In this document: piece by piece, positions 30,083 to 40,033 of the stretch
How the letters are laid out: each line of letters starts with the position of its first letter
Position numbering within the stretch: the stretch's first letter is position 1
Source: Phycisphaerales bacterium
GTDB taxonomy: Bacteria; Planctomycetota; Phycisphaerae; WQYP01
Length of the DNA stretch: 64,000 nucleotides
Assembly: GCA_027451365.1 (NCBI GenBank)
Contig: DAIDJN010000042.1
Location: 1 to 64,000 of the forward strand
Direction: 5' to 3'
The notes under the pieces: generated by a model
Seen by the model: the letters and a program-made list of their open reading frames with translations, nothing else
Database searches by the model: none
What the model was told of the DNA's origin: nothing
Position numbers and translations under genes: made by a program

Positions 30083-31360
30083 ATGCATTCCATTCGGAAG
30101 ATCAAGCGATTGCCCGTTATCAAATCGACGCCGGCCGGGGCGGGTAAAAGCCCGCCGGTCATTTTAACCGTCAACGGTGGATCCTCCAGTATTAAATTCG
30201 CGGTTTATCCAGCCAAGAAGAAAAATTCCGACGACCGGCCGCTGCTTTATGGCAACATGGACGGTATCGGCACAGACCGCGTTGAATTGCAAACCTTTGA
30301 TGCGCGATCGCAATTACTTGATACCAAACAGTTGAGCGGACGGAACCACCAGAAGGCCGCGGCCATTCTGACCGATTTTCTGCGTGCTACGCCGTATGGC
30401 GAGCGAATCGCCGCGGTGGGCCACCGGGTGGTGCATGGAGGCATTCGCCTGAACCGCCATACGGTCATTACCGCGAAAGTGATGGCGGAACTCGAAATAA
30501 GTGTGCCGCTGGATCTGGCCCATTTGCCACGTGAAATTGTGTTGATCCAAGCCATGACCAAAGCATTTCCCGCGGCGATTCAGGTTGCGTGCCTGGACAC
30601 CGCGTTTCATCGGAATCTGCCGCGTGTGGCGCGGTTATTGCCGATTCCGCGCAGTCTTGGCCGCGCGGGAATCCGCCGATTCGGGTTTCATGGACTTTCC
30701 TACAGTTTCCTGATGGAAGAACTGCAAAGAATCTCGCCCGCCCGCGCACGCGGACGGGTTATTCTGGCGCATCTTGGATCCGGCGCGAGCCTGGCGTCGG
30801 TAAATGCCGGAAGGCCGGTGGATACCACCATGGGATTTACGCCAACGGCCGGTTTGATTATGGCCACCCGTCCGGGCGATATGGATCCCGGACTGCTGGT
30901 GCATTTAATGCGGCGGATTCCGCTGACACCGGCGGCCGCGGACAGATTTATCAATGAAGACTGCGGCTTGCGGGGAATTTCCGGCCGTACCGGCGACATG
31001 CGGCAACTGCATCAGTTGGCATCGCATAGCCCATCATGCCGGGATGCAATTCAGGCGTTTTGTCAGCGGGCGCGTGCGGCGATAGCTGGTTTGGCCGCGG
31101 GTATGGGGGGATTGGATGTTCTGGTATTTTCCGGCGGAATTGGTGAACACGACGCCGCGGTACGTCGCGATATATGTGCGGGATTGGAATTTATTGGTAT
31201 TCGCCTGAATGCAGAGGCGAATCGCAAACACCGGCAGGCGATCTCCGCCGCCAATGCGGGCGTGCTGACTTTTATGATTCCCACCGACGAACAGAAGATG
31301 ATCGCCCGAATTGTCCGCAAGCTGGCCGTAGCCGCCCTAAGCAACCGCCGTCGTAAATAA
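30083..31360 (+). CDS. ackA: Acetate/propionate kinase
   Basis: Motifs NGGSSSIKF, GHRVVHGG, DTAFH, RFGFHGLSY, HLGSGAS, DTTMGFTP and FSGGIGE. Confidence 0.93.
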   Translation: MHSIRKIKRLPVIKSTPAGAGKSPPVILTVNGGSSSIKFAVYPAKKKNSDDRPLLYGNMDGIGTDRVELQTFDARSQLLDTKQLSGRNHQKAAAILTDFLRATPYGERIAAVGHRVVHGGIRLNRHTVITAKVMAELEISVPLDLAHLPREIVLIQAMTKAFPAAIQVACLDTAFHRNLPRVARLLPIPRSLGRAGIRRFGFHGLSYSFLMEELQRISPARARGRVILAHLGSGASLASVNAGRPVDTTMGFTPTAGLIMATRPGDMDPGLLVHLMRRIPLTPAAADRFINEDCGLRGISGRTGDMRQLHQLASHSPSCRDAIQAFCQRARAAIAGLAAGMGGLDVLVFSGGIGEHDAAVRRDICAGLEFIGIRLNAEANRKHRQAISAANAGVLTFMIPTDEQKMIARIVRKLAVAALSNRRRK

Positions 31361-31611
31361 GTTCAGCCACCGGCTGCAAATTCGTAAGATTCAACGATTT
31401 GTCCCAGCACGATCCAGTACCACAGCAGTGCCTGTATGACGAACCGCGTCTTTACGGTGCTCTGAAAATTTGCGGATCTGTTGTCGTCACAAGCATATCA
31501 AGAATGATGATGACAATGGAACCAAATGCAATGCGGAAGGCGTTCGGACGGCATTGGCACACACGCGTCTGGTCGGCTGTTGCCACCGGCACCCAACAGC
31601 TTCGGGGGACA

Positions 31612-32115
31612 TTATTCGTCGCCGGAAGGACCATACATGCCCGGCACCGGGATGTCATTGAGACGCAAATAAACACACACTATCGCGCGATGGTGAATGA
31701 TGTGGCTGATGACAAAGCCACGGATGACGGCGGCCTTTGGCATCGCCAGCATCGGTATTCCCGCTTTCAGCAGTGTCCAGGTGTCATTGATCCGCTCGTC
31801 TTTGACTGCCGCAATTGCATTCCGCGCCGCGGCGAGGTTATGGTCGAAAAGTTCGACGATTTCCTTTCGGCTGGCCAGTGACGGTACTTGGTAGCGTGGG
31901 CCGCCAACCGGGGCAATATCCAACTGCTGCATTGTCAACACCGGCACCGGCCAGTGCACCATATCCGCAATGTGATTGGCATTCCAGCCTATGGTGTGCG
32001 ATTTGGGATGGGCCTGCCAGTTGAGTCTATCATCGGGAATGCGTTCAAGCGCTTTGCGCGTGTTGGCCATTTCCTGATCAAACTCCGGCAGAATGGATTG
32101 GGCGTAAGTCATCAT
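31612..32115 (-). CDS. DinB/YfiT family protein
   Basis: Motifs WQAHPKS, NHIA, SHIIHHRA and YLRLNDIPVPGMYGPS. Confidence 0.88.
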   Translation of the reverse strand: MMTYAQSILPEFDQEMANTRKALERIPDDRLNWQAHPKSHTIGWNANHIADMVHWPVPVLTMQQLDIAPVGGPRYQVPSLASRKEIVELFDHNLAAARNAIAAVKDERINDTWTLLKAGIPMLAMPKAAVIRGFVISHIIHHRAIVCVYLRLNDIPVPGMYGPSGDE

Positions 32116-32232
32116 GATCTCCAAAATAAACTCAGATTGCAGAACACTATTCTTGCGTCCACACATTTTAAGGTGGCCTCTGAACCGGACCATGCGACAA
32201 GCGGGAATCCGGCCGGACGAAGGAACCCAGGT

Positions 32233-33090
32233 TCAATGTGTGTCACGCTGATATACACGCACATATTTAATTTCATATTTAGCCGGCAAGGCATGGCCAT
32301 CCAATGGGCCACCCCAGCCGCCCATTGCCAGATTCATAATCAGAAACATCGGTTTGCGAAACGGATTGTCCGGGCCTTTTCCCGCGGCGTCGACATTGAA
32401 GGTGAAGTACTTTTTACCATCCACATACATTTTAATATGGCGGCTGGACCAGTCCGTTCGGTAGGTGTGGAATTTGGCGGCCGCTGAAGAACCAAGCTTA
32501 AATGTGTGATATGCGGATTGATGCCCCGTGGTTTTTGTTGCCCAGTGCACCGTTCCATGAATGATTCGGGCTTGGCGTCCCAGCCATTCCATAATGTCAA
32601 TTTCACCACAGCGCGGCCAGCCCACTTTTGAAATATCGGTTCCCAGCATCCAGAATGCCGGCCACATTCCACGACCCGCGGGCAATTTGGCGCGAATTTC
32701 AAAGCGGCCATATTTCCAGCTTTCTTTACCTTCGGTGGTTAAACTCGCCGAGGTGTACCGCGTCCATTTGCGGTCATTTTGCCAGCCTTTGGCACCGGGC
32801 CGATAGGCCGCGTTGCGTACCCGCTGCCGGCGGGCTTCAATAATCAGCATGTCATTTCGTACCACGGCGTTGGCGGGCCGGTAATATTGCAGTTCATGAT
32901 TGCGGACGAATCCGTGTTCGTAATTCCATTTTGCCGCGTCAGGACGCCCGGGCTTGCGGAAGTTATCCTGCCAGACAAGATGCCACCCGGCCGCCGCCGC
33001 GGTCGGTGCCGCAGTGGCGTGCTTGATGGTCATCAGTCGGCTTCCGCCAAGCAGTGCCAGCGCACACATGAAAGCAGGAAGCTTTTTCAT
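32233..33090 (-). CDS. Secreted glycoside hydrolase family 16 (beta-1,3-glucanase-like)
   Basis: Signal peptide, WPAFWMLG, catalytic GEIDIME and YVRVYQ. Confidence 0.93.
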   Translation of the reverse strand: MKKLPAFMCALALLGGSRLMTIKHATAAPTAAAAGWHLVWQDNFRKPGRPDAAKWNYEHGFVRNHELQYYRPANAVVRNDMLIIEARRQRVRNAAYRPGAKGWQNDRKWTRYTSASLTTEGKESWKYGRFEIRAKLPAGRGMWPAFWMLGTDISKVGWPRCGEIDIMEWLGRQARIIHGTVHWATKTTGHQSAYHTFKLGSSAAAKFHTYRTDWSSRHIKMYVDGKKYFTFNVDAAGKGPDNPFRKPMFLIMNLAMGGWGGPLDGHALPAKYEIKYVRVYQRDTH

Positions 33091-33133
33091 ACCGGTCCTT
33101 TCGGGCGTTGGCGCACATGAAAACGCGGGTATT

Positions 33134-33793
33134 TTACCAGTTCAAACTCGGCGGCCTGCCAATCAGGGAACGGACCCGTTTGTCAATAATCTGCATCCGC
33201 TTCTGCTGGCGGTCCTTCAGGTCGGCGCGCAGGGTGTCGATGCGGCGCAGCAGGCGGTTTAGCTCATGCGTGCGTATTTTCTGCCGCACGTCGAACTGGT
33301 CGGTGACCACGCGCACCAGCCGGACGCGAAGTTTTTCAGATTCAGCCGCGGGCAGGCCGGGCTGGCGCAATTCACCGGCGATCCGGAACGACTTGTGGGT
33401 GTCGGCGATATCCTGAAGGGTCAGGTTGAAGAGCTTGGGGTCATGTTTCTGAAGGTGTTCAAGCCAGCGGAAATTGGGTGCAGCTTCGCTGATCAGTTTT
33501 ACAAATTTATGGGGGTGCGAATGCCGAAGCGCGGTTGCCTTTTGATACACATCCGGCTGCGTTCGCTGAAGAAACTGCATGATCCGTTCTATCTGGTCAG
33601 GATTCAGACGAATGACCGGTTTGGAAGTATCGGTGGCCCGCGGATGGGCAGGTGGAATATTGGCCGACAAACACACGGGCAGCGTCAAAATTCCCGCGCA
33701 AGCGGCAACACCAACCAGCGCGATCTTTCGCGGCCATATAAACCGGTTACAGCGAATCGGGGAAATCCATTTTGGGAAAGAAAATTGTGGCAT
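33134..33793 (-). CDS. Hypothetical periplasmic helical protein (Spy/CpxP-like context)
   Basis: Signal/TM segment followed by an all-helical, basic coiled-coil region. Lies downstream of an ECF/anti-sigma pair; AGGAG SD. Confidence 0.55.
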   Translation of the reverse strand: MPQFSFPKWISPIRCNRFIWPRKIALVGVAACAGILTLPVCLSANIPPAHPRATDTSKPVIRLNPDQIERIMQFLQRTQPDVYQKATALRHSHPHKFVKLISEAAPNFRWLEHLQKHDPKLFNLTLQDIADTHKSFRIAGELRQPGLPAAESEKLRVRLVRVVTDQFDVRQKIRTHELNRLLRRIDTLRADLKDRQQKRMQIIDKRVRSLIGRPPSLNW

Positions 33794-34124
33794 CGGGCTT
33801 CTCCTGTGGGCGAAATGTAACGCCAATTATAAATTGTGCAAGGCTGTTCAAAAATTCTGGAAATCACCGCCGCCGAAAGCCGTTGCCATCCGGCCATCGG
33901 CGGAACGCCCAACGCCAGCAGGTATCCGCCGAAGGAAAAAAGGACGCCTGATTGCCCGTTTGAGATTTCAGGTTTCAGAATTCATTTTTATTACAGCCGG
34001 CGCACAGCGTGCGGGGCAACCTTACAATTCACACTTGAAATATCAAATACCCAATCAACTGGTTGCCGGTGGCCAAATTAAACGGTTCGTCGCCGCGGGT
34101 GGCTTAAATGGGCCGTGGGGGAGA

Positions 34125-34751
34125 TTAATATCCGGAATCGCCCGGGGCGGGGACCGAATCGGTTGCATGCACGGAATCCAGGGCGTCCAGCAGATTCATC
34201 ATGTGGGAATTGCCGACATTGCCTTCAGCTGAAATTCCGCCTGACTGTTCCAGACGCGAAATGCGCCGAGCCAGGGTATCCACACGCGATTTTCCTTCAC
34301 CCGGCAGTTGCGTCTGGGCAACTTCCTGAAAAGTATTTTCCGCATCGATAATGCGCTGGCGGTGTGCCAACTGCCGCTCATGAACGATATAAACACCGGC
34401 GGCCACCACCAAGGCCGCGGCCACGCCGGAGGCGGCTGCCATAAAGCCGTAAAAGACACGAGCCAGCTTAGCCTGCCGCTGGGCCTTGCGCTGCTGGTCG
34501 AGGGATTGATGAATGCCCTTCTTGATATTGGCGGCAATGCGGGCTTTGGAAACCTGGTCGAGTTGATCCTCAATCTTCGGCAGAGATTGAAGCATGGCGA
34601 AGCGGCCGCGCACCAGTTCATACTCCAAATGGGCCGCCGGGTAGGTTGCAACATGCTGTTGCAGATGTTCCCGAGCCTTGGGTCCCAATTCCCCTGAAAC
34701 ATCAAGTAAACAGGTTTGGGACAGGCTTAAATGTTTATTGGGGCGTTTCAT
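34125..34751 (-). CDS. Putative anti-sigma factor (single TM)
   Basis: Overlaps the 3' end of the sigma gene. N-terminal degenerate zf-HC2-like segment (SGEL...LQQHVATYP) and a central TM helix. Confidence 0.7.
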   Translation of the reverse strand: MKRPNKHLSLSQTCLLDVSGELGPKAREHLQQHVATYPAAHLEYELVRGRFAMLQSLPKIEDQLDQVSKARIAANIKKGIHQSLDQQRKAQRQAKLARVFYGFMAAASGVAAALVVAAGVYIVHERQLAHRQRIIDAENTFQEVAQTQLPGEGKSRVDTLARRISRLEQSGGISAEGNVGNSHMMNLLDALDSVHATDSVPAPGDSGY

Positions 34752-35319
34752 GGCCAACCTCCATCAGCACGCGTAATTTACCCAAAGCCCGATGCGCTCT
34801 GGCCAGCACGGTGCCCAACGGACAATCCAGTGTTTTGGCAATTTCCTTAAACGGCATATCTCCATAGTGCCGCAACAACAATACCTGCCGATCCAGTTCG
34901 GGCAGTTTTTCCATGGCCGTATATAGACGGTCCAGATGCTCCTTGTGTTCCAGCGGAGCTTCGGGGCTGCCGCTTTTGCCGGGCATGGAATCTATCAGAT
35001 CGACCATCTGATCGCCAACGCCGACATTTCCGGAACGCACCGGATGACGGGAAGCCGAGCGGCTGTTGTCGCGCACCAGATTTACCAGAATGCGGAACAG
35101 CCACGCCTCAAACTTTCCCTGATCCTCATAACGTTCCAGCTTTTGCACGACCCGCAGAAAAGTTTCCTGCACCAGGTCGTTGGCCAGTTCGTTGCTGCGC
35201 GTCGCCTGTACGGCATAGCTGTACAGCCGCTGCCAATATTGTTCAACCAGCGCGTCCCATGCGCCTCTGTCACCATTGCGGCACTGCAAAACCAGGGCGG
35301 CAAGGGTTCTGGCATCCAT
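34735..35319 (-). CDS. ECF-family RNA polymerase sigma factor
   Basis: Region 2 (DLVQETFL, FEAWLFRI) and region 4 (FKEIAKTLDCPLGTVLARAHRA). Confidence 0.93.
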   Translation of the reverse strand: MDARTLAALVLQCRNGDRGAWDALVEQYWQRLYSYAVQATRSNELANDLVQETFLRVVQKLERYEDQGKFEAWLFRILVNLVRDNSRSASRHPVRSGNVGVGDQMVDLIDSMPGKSGSPEAPLEHKEHLDRLYTAMEKLPELDRQVLLLRHYGDMPFKEIAKTLDCPLGTVLARAHRALGKLRVLMEVGHETPQ

Positions 35320-35673
35320 AACCATTCCTGTTTCTTAACGCGGTTGATAACCGTCTATTGCCGAAATTCGCGGGGATTCGGGCATCCGTGCCTGACGCGC
35401 CGTCGAATTCTCTATATTTGGTCGCAGAACGTTCCGCAGCCAACACTATAAAAAGCCATTCTCCCAGTTTTCCGCCCAATACGGCGTTAGACTGTTCGCT
35501 TTCCATATCAAGCAGCTCAATTATCGCGGATTTTGCACGCATTACAAACTCGTGCGCAAAAATGGATTTTTTTCGTGAAAATGGAATGAGTGGTTGTATG
35601 ATATTCGCGTTTGCGTTATGCCTGATCAATTGTAAATTGCCGGCAGAAGATAGCAGGAGTTTACTGGGAATTG

Positions 35674-36012
35674 TTAAGGTGCAAAGGCTGCGTAATCAGG
35701 GGGATAATAGATCAGTTCCAGCACGTTGCCCGCGGGGTCTGATAAATAGATGCCTTGTGTGCCATCCCGATGTGTCTTAATTGTTAGATTATGACGTGCC
35801 GCAGCCGCCTGCAGGTCTTCCAGAGTGGCTCGCAGCGCCACATGAGCCGGATGCTGGCTCGGCTGCACCAGAGCAAGTTTGCCTTGACCCAGGCGTAAAA
35901 AGGCCCAGGTTTTGTCTTGGTAAAGAATTTCAGCTCCGAACTGGCGAACATAAAATTCCGCGGTTGCGGGAATATCCGTTGTTTGAATTGCGACATGGTC
36001 CAGCGCGAACAT
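35674..36012 (-). CDS. VOC/glyoxalase family protein
   Basis: Motifs LDHVAI, HVAL and YLSDPAGNVLEL. AGGAG SD. Confidence 0.87.
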   Translation of the reverse strand: MFALDHVAIQTTDIPATAEFYVRQFGAEILYQDKTWAFLRLGQGKLALVQPSQHPAHVALRATLEDLQAAAARHNLTIKTHRDGTQGIYLSDPAGNVLELIYYPPDYAAFAP

Positions 36013-36288
36013 TTTACAATCTCCTGAAAAGGCCATACGAGTCATGAACATTTTAGCCGTTGAAATGCGGATTCGGAAAGATGCGTCAATTTACACCGGG
36101 CAAAGGGCCGATTAAACTAAATGGATGAGAGCTTCTGATGCAGCCGACGGCTTGCGACTCTCTGACCGCCCAAAGTTAGCCAGAGCAGCCCGGTCCGGCG
36201 TCGGCGAAATCCGGGGACTGCCTTTCGGCGGATATGGTTGGCGTGTTGTTCAGGCAACGAGTCCTGTTTTTTCTTGGCGGATTTCTTA

Positions 36289-37707
36289 ATGGTATTGACA
36301 CTGCTTGCCAGCGAAAATCAGACGGCACTAAGAACCGGCCGCGACGTCTTTAATTATTTAGGTCCCCTGATCCATTGGATCAGCACGCCCACCGGCATAG
36401 TTGCTCTGTTTTTCATTGCGGTGGGGGGGTACTACTTCCTGTATGGTAAGCGCGGCGTGGAACTGATGCTTTTCGTGGCATCTTTAACCGGAATGGTTGG
36501 ATTTTTCCACAGCGTTTACCACAACAACACCCTGATTCCGGTGTTGCAGTCGTTTCGTTCCATCTGTAAACCGGCCTATGTCATCACGATAGGTCTGATG
36601 GCGGTGCGCTTTATCATTTCCTATGATTCGCTGCGATGGTCGCCCCCGCGAAAATCGGCGATGGCGTTTATGGCCTTGCAATTTATATTTTCGCTGCGAC
36701 TTATTTTGGTGGCACCGGAACGGTCGTTTGGCACAATTTTACTCGACCTGATGCTCTTTTACGGTATGTGGGAGCTGTTGCGGCGATCCATCACATCCGG
36801 CCGGGACATTGTCAATTATACCCTGGCATTGTTCGCCGGCGGCCTGGCTTTTTACGGCCTTTCGCTGATGGAAATTGTGCTTGGCAACATTCACCACATT
36901 GTTTTTGTGGGACGATTCTGCGGCATTTCCCAAAATCCGCAGTTCACCGGGGAAGTCACCGCCATTCTTATTATTTGCGCCAATTTCATCATTATTTCCG
37001 GCTATTCACGTGCGTGGCAGAAGACCGTCGCATTAAGTGGTGCCTGTCTGATGCTTCCCTTCATGCTTTGGACCGGCTCGCGTACGGCAATGGGCATGTG
37101 TGCGCTTGGACTGCTGATTCTCTATCGGATTTCGATTCGCCGCTGGGCGGTGTTCGCAGTGGTGGGTGGTGTGACATACGAATTGTATACACACTATTTC
37201 CGCACCGGTGCCCAGGCTATAACCCACCTGATTTCCAGCGAAAACGACCGCAGTGCGGAATGGAGCAAGGGCCTGGCGGTTTTCTCGCAGCATCCGATTC
37301 TGGGTGTCGCATCGGCACAATCATTGGTGGAAAGCTCATTTATCGTAATCTTATACACTCTGGGAAGTGTCGGCATCATCATGCTGGTTGTGGTGGCCTA
37401 TACCACCGCCCGCGAAGTAATCACCGTTTTTCGGCACAGGAACGTAGTGGACCCGGAATTGCAAAAAGCGGTGGAGTTTGCCTGCGCAATCCTGATCGCG
37501 TCGGCGGCGGGCATGACCTTCGATGCATATCTGATTGCGGCCGCCACCACGCAAGCGGTTATTTCCTGGTTCAGCCTTGCCCTGCTTTCCGTGGCATATG
37601 AAGCGGTACAGGCGCGGCTCACCGGCGTGATGGCGGCGGCTCCGAGCGCGGCAAGCCCCGCGGCAATAGGCATTCCGGGCAATGCCGCCCTGCCTGGCGC
37701 AAGTTGA
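36289..37707 (+). CDS. O-antigen ligase/polymerase-like membrane protein (Wzy_C)
   Basis: About 11-12 TM helices with RFCGISQNPQ, TGSRTA and R..W...L..F..HPILG. Confidence 0.7.
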   Translation: MVLTLLASENQTALRTGRDVFNYLGPLIHWISTPTGIVALFFIAVGGYYFLYGKRGVELMLFVASLTGMVGFFHSVYHNNTLIPVLQSFRSICKPAYVITIGLMAVRFIISYDSLRWSPPRKSAMAFMALQFIFSLRLILVAPERSFGTILLDLMLFYGMWELLRRSITSGRDIVNYTLALFAGGLAFYGLSLMEIVLGNIHHIVFVGRFCGISQNPQFTGEVTAILIICANFIIISGYSRAWQKTVALSGACLMLPFMLWTGSRTAMGMCALGLLILYRISIRRWAVFAVVGGVTYELYTHYFRTGAQAITHLISSENDRSAEWSKGLAVFSQHPILGVASAQSLVESSFIVILYTLGSVGIIMLVVVAYTTAREVITVFRHRNVVDPELQKAVEFACAILIASAAGMTFDAYLIAAATTQAVISWFSLALLSVAYEAVQARLTGVMAAAPSAASPAAIGIPGNAALPGAS

Positions 37708-37862
37708 TCCACAGTTCCACGATGCGGCGATTCCGTATCGCCCGGCAGTTGCGAGTGAATGCAACGGTCTGGCGGCTCTTCAAGGTCGACGATTTCGGCG
37801 GGCCGGTGTGCCACAACTGAATAGGTCATGCACCCCCCGCGGGGCGCAATTGGGGGACACGA

Positions 37863-37892
37863 TTGTAAAACTCTGATTTCCCGCGTTACAAT
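37863..37892 (+). promoter_or_regulatory. Sigma70 promoter TTGTAA-N18-TACAAT, 6 nt upstream of the guaA ATG (putatively leaderless)
   Basis: The sequence reads TACAAT-TGCCCC-ATG, with no SD. Confidence 0.55.
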
Positions 37893-37898
37893 TGCCCC

Positions 37899-39479
37899 AT
37901 GAAACAAGAACAGCCCATGACAGAACAAACCCTTCCCATACTGGACTTTGGTTCGCAATATGTCCAGCTTATAGCCCGTCGTGTCCGCGAAGCGGGCGTG
38001 CAGGCTCTGCTTGTGCCGCCTGATATTTCCGTCGATCAGCTTCGGACGATGAATCCCGTGGGACTGATTCTTTCGGGAGGGCCTTCCAGTGTGTATGAGG
38101 CCGGAGCCCCGCGCTGCGACCCAACTATTTTTAATTTGAACATTCCGGTTCTGGGAATCTGTTATGGAATGCAGATAGCCGCCCAATTGCTGGGCGGGCA
38201 GGTGCGGCCGGGGCAGGCCGGTGAATACGGTGCCACACGGCTGAACACCGCCCGAGATCCGCAGGCCGCCGCGATGGTGGCGGATTTATTTGCCGGTGTG
38301 CCGGAACAGACCACCGTCTGGATGAGCCACGGCGACCAGGTACGAGACCTGGGGCCGGATTTTGTGCCGCTGGCATCCACCGATGTCTGCCCGCTGGCGG
38401 CGATGCGGCACAAAACCAAACCGTTTTTTGGAGTGCAGTTTCATCCGGAGGTCACGCATACCCCGTATGGCATGAAAATTCTTGAAAATTTTCTTTACCG
38501 GGTCTGTCATGCGGCGGGGACCTGGCGAATGGGAAATTTTGTGGAAATTGCCATGGACAAAATCCGTCGGCAGGTGGGAACGGGCCGGGTGGTCTGCGGG
38601 CTTTCCGGAGGCGTGGATTCGGCGGTGGCCGCGGCACTGCTGCACCGCGCCATCGGCAATCAATTAAGCTGTATTTTTGTGGACAACGGCCTGCTGCGGA
38701 AAAATGAACGGCAGAATGTGGAAAGCACTTTCCGCGATCATTTCCGAATTGACCTTCGCGTGGTGGATGCGACGGCCGAATTTCTGGATGCTTTGGCCGG
38801 TGTCACCGAACCGCAAAAGAAAAGAACGATTATCGGCAAAGCGTTCATTGATGTATTTAAACGGGCCTCCGCGGATATCCCCGATGCGCGATTTTTAGCC
38901 CAGGGGACGCTGTACCCGGATGTGATCGAAAGCGGGCATGGTTATGCCCGAACGGCGGCGAATATCAAGCTGCATCACAACGTGGGCGGCCTGCCGGCGG
39001 AGTTGGGCTTTGAACTTGTTGAACCTCTGCGAGATCTGTTTAAGGATGAAGTGCGGCGGCTGGGCGAGGTGCTCGGACTGCCGGAGCATATGGTATGGCG
39101 GCATCCATTTCCCGGCCCGGGGCTGGCGGTTCGCATCATCGGCGATATTACGCGTGAGAAGCTTGAACTCCTTCGACAGGCGGATGAGATTTTCCTGGAG
39201 GAACTGATCGCTGCGGGACTTTACCGGTCCACGGCCCAGACTTTTGCGGTGTTGTTGCCGGTGCAAAGCGTGGCGGTGATGGGAGATGGCCGCAGTTATA
39301 AACCGGTAATTGGTCTGCGCAGCGTGGATTCCACCGATTTTATGACCGCGGACTGGAGCCGGCTGCCCTATGATGTTCTAGCGCGAGCGAGCGGTCGGAT
39401 TGTGAACGAAATTCGCGGCGTAAGCCGCGTGGTGTATGATATCACCAGCAAACCGCCCGGAACGATTGAATGGGAATAA
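37899..39479 (+). CDS. guaA: GMP synthase (glutamine-hydrolysing)
   Basis: Motifs [37 protein letters not shown] and KPPGTIEWE. Confidence 0.99.
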   Translation: MKQEQPMTEQTLPILDFGSQYVQLIARRVREAGVQALLVPPDISVDQLRTMNPVGLILSGGPSSVYEAGAPRCDPTIFNLNIPVLGICYGMQIAAQLLGGQVRPGQAGEYGATRLNTARDPQAAAMVADLFAGVPEQTTVWMSHGDQVRDLGPDFVPLASTDVCPLAAMRHKTKPFFGVQFHPEVTHTPYGMKILENFLYRVCHAAGTWRMGNFVEIAMDKIRRQVGTGRVVCGLSGGVDSAVAAALLHRAIGNQLSCIFVDNGLLRKNERQNVESTFRDHFRIDLRVVDATAEFLDALAGVTEPQKKRTIIGKAFIDVFKRASADIPDARFLAQGTLYPDVIESGHGYARTAANIKLHHNVGGLPAELGFELVEPLRDLFKDEVRRLGEVLGLPEHMVWRHPFPGPGLAVRIIGDITREKLELLRQADEIFLEELIAAGLYRSTAQTFAVLLPVQSVAVMGDGRSYKPVIGLRSVDSTDFMTADWSRLPYDVLARASGRIVNEIRGVSRVVYDITSKPPGTIEWE

Positions 39480-39598
39480 GCCCGGCAATCCGGGATGGTC
39501 CGGGTAAAATTGCCATCAAAGGTCGCGTGGAATAGAAGTTCGCGGGTGCGGCATCACAGCGTGGGCATCCGGAAAAAGGTTCACCCAATGCAGGCGTC

Positions 39599-40033
39599 AT
39601 GACCGACCATCATTTACAGATTCACCCGCATGATGTGGGGCTGCCTACCGCGCTGGTGCGCAAACGCAAGCGTTTCAGATTCATCGGCTATTTGATGCTG
39701 GCGCTGGCGGTGCTGACTGGGTTGCCGGGCTGGTTTTTTTACGGCGTGTCAATTCTGGGCGCGTTTACCATCAGCAATTTTACGTTATGGCAGGCGATTG
39801 TGGCCTATTCACTGCTGATTGTTTCCAGCATGACACTGCTGCTGGGACTTTGGTACCTGCTGCTTGCGCAAATGCGCCGTCTGGCCCGGGTGGTGGAAGG
39901 CCATGAAAATCCGGATTCCCCGCCGCCGGATTCCCCGCCGCGGCGCTGCGGCAATTGCGGCTGGCCAATGGATGCCCCCGACCGCTTCTGCCGGCATTGC
40001 GGCAAACCCGGTTCCGGGGCGCCATCAGATTAA
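39599..40033 (+). CDS. Two-TM membrane protein with C-terminal zinc ribbon
   Basis: Two hydrophobic helices and CGNCG...FCRHCG. Confidence 0.7.
   Translation: MTDHHLQIHPHDVGLPTALVRKRKRFRFIGYLMLALAVLTGLPGWFFYGVSILGAFTISNFTLWQAIVAYSLLIVSSMTLLLGLWYLLLAQMRRLARVVEGHENPDSPPPDSPPRRCGNCGWPMDAPDRFCRHCGKPGSGAPSD

Noticed and set aside
33866..33935. Alternative CCGCCGA/TCGGCGG hairpins between the anti-sigma gene and the periplasmic protein gene
   Set aside because: GC-rich pairing with no riboswitch motif recognised; not distinguishable from chance or a simple stabilising hairpin.
39911..39940. 15-nt tandem duplication encoding DSPPP-DSPPR
   Set aside because: An in-frame two-copy proline linker; not a CRISPR or a meaningful VNTR.
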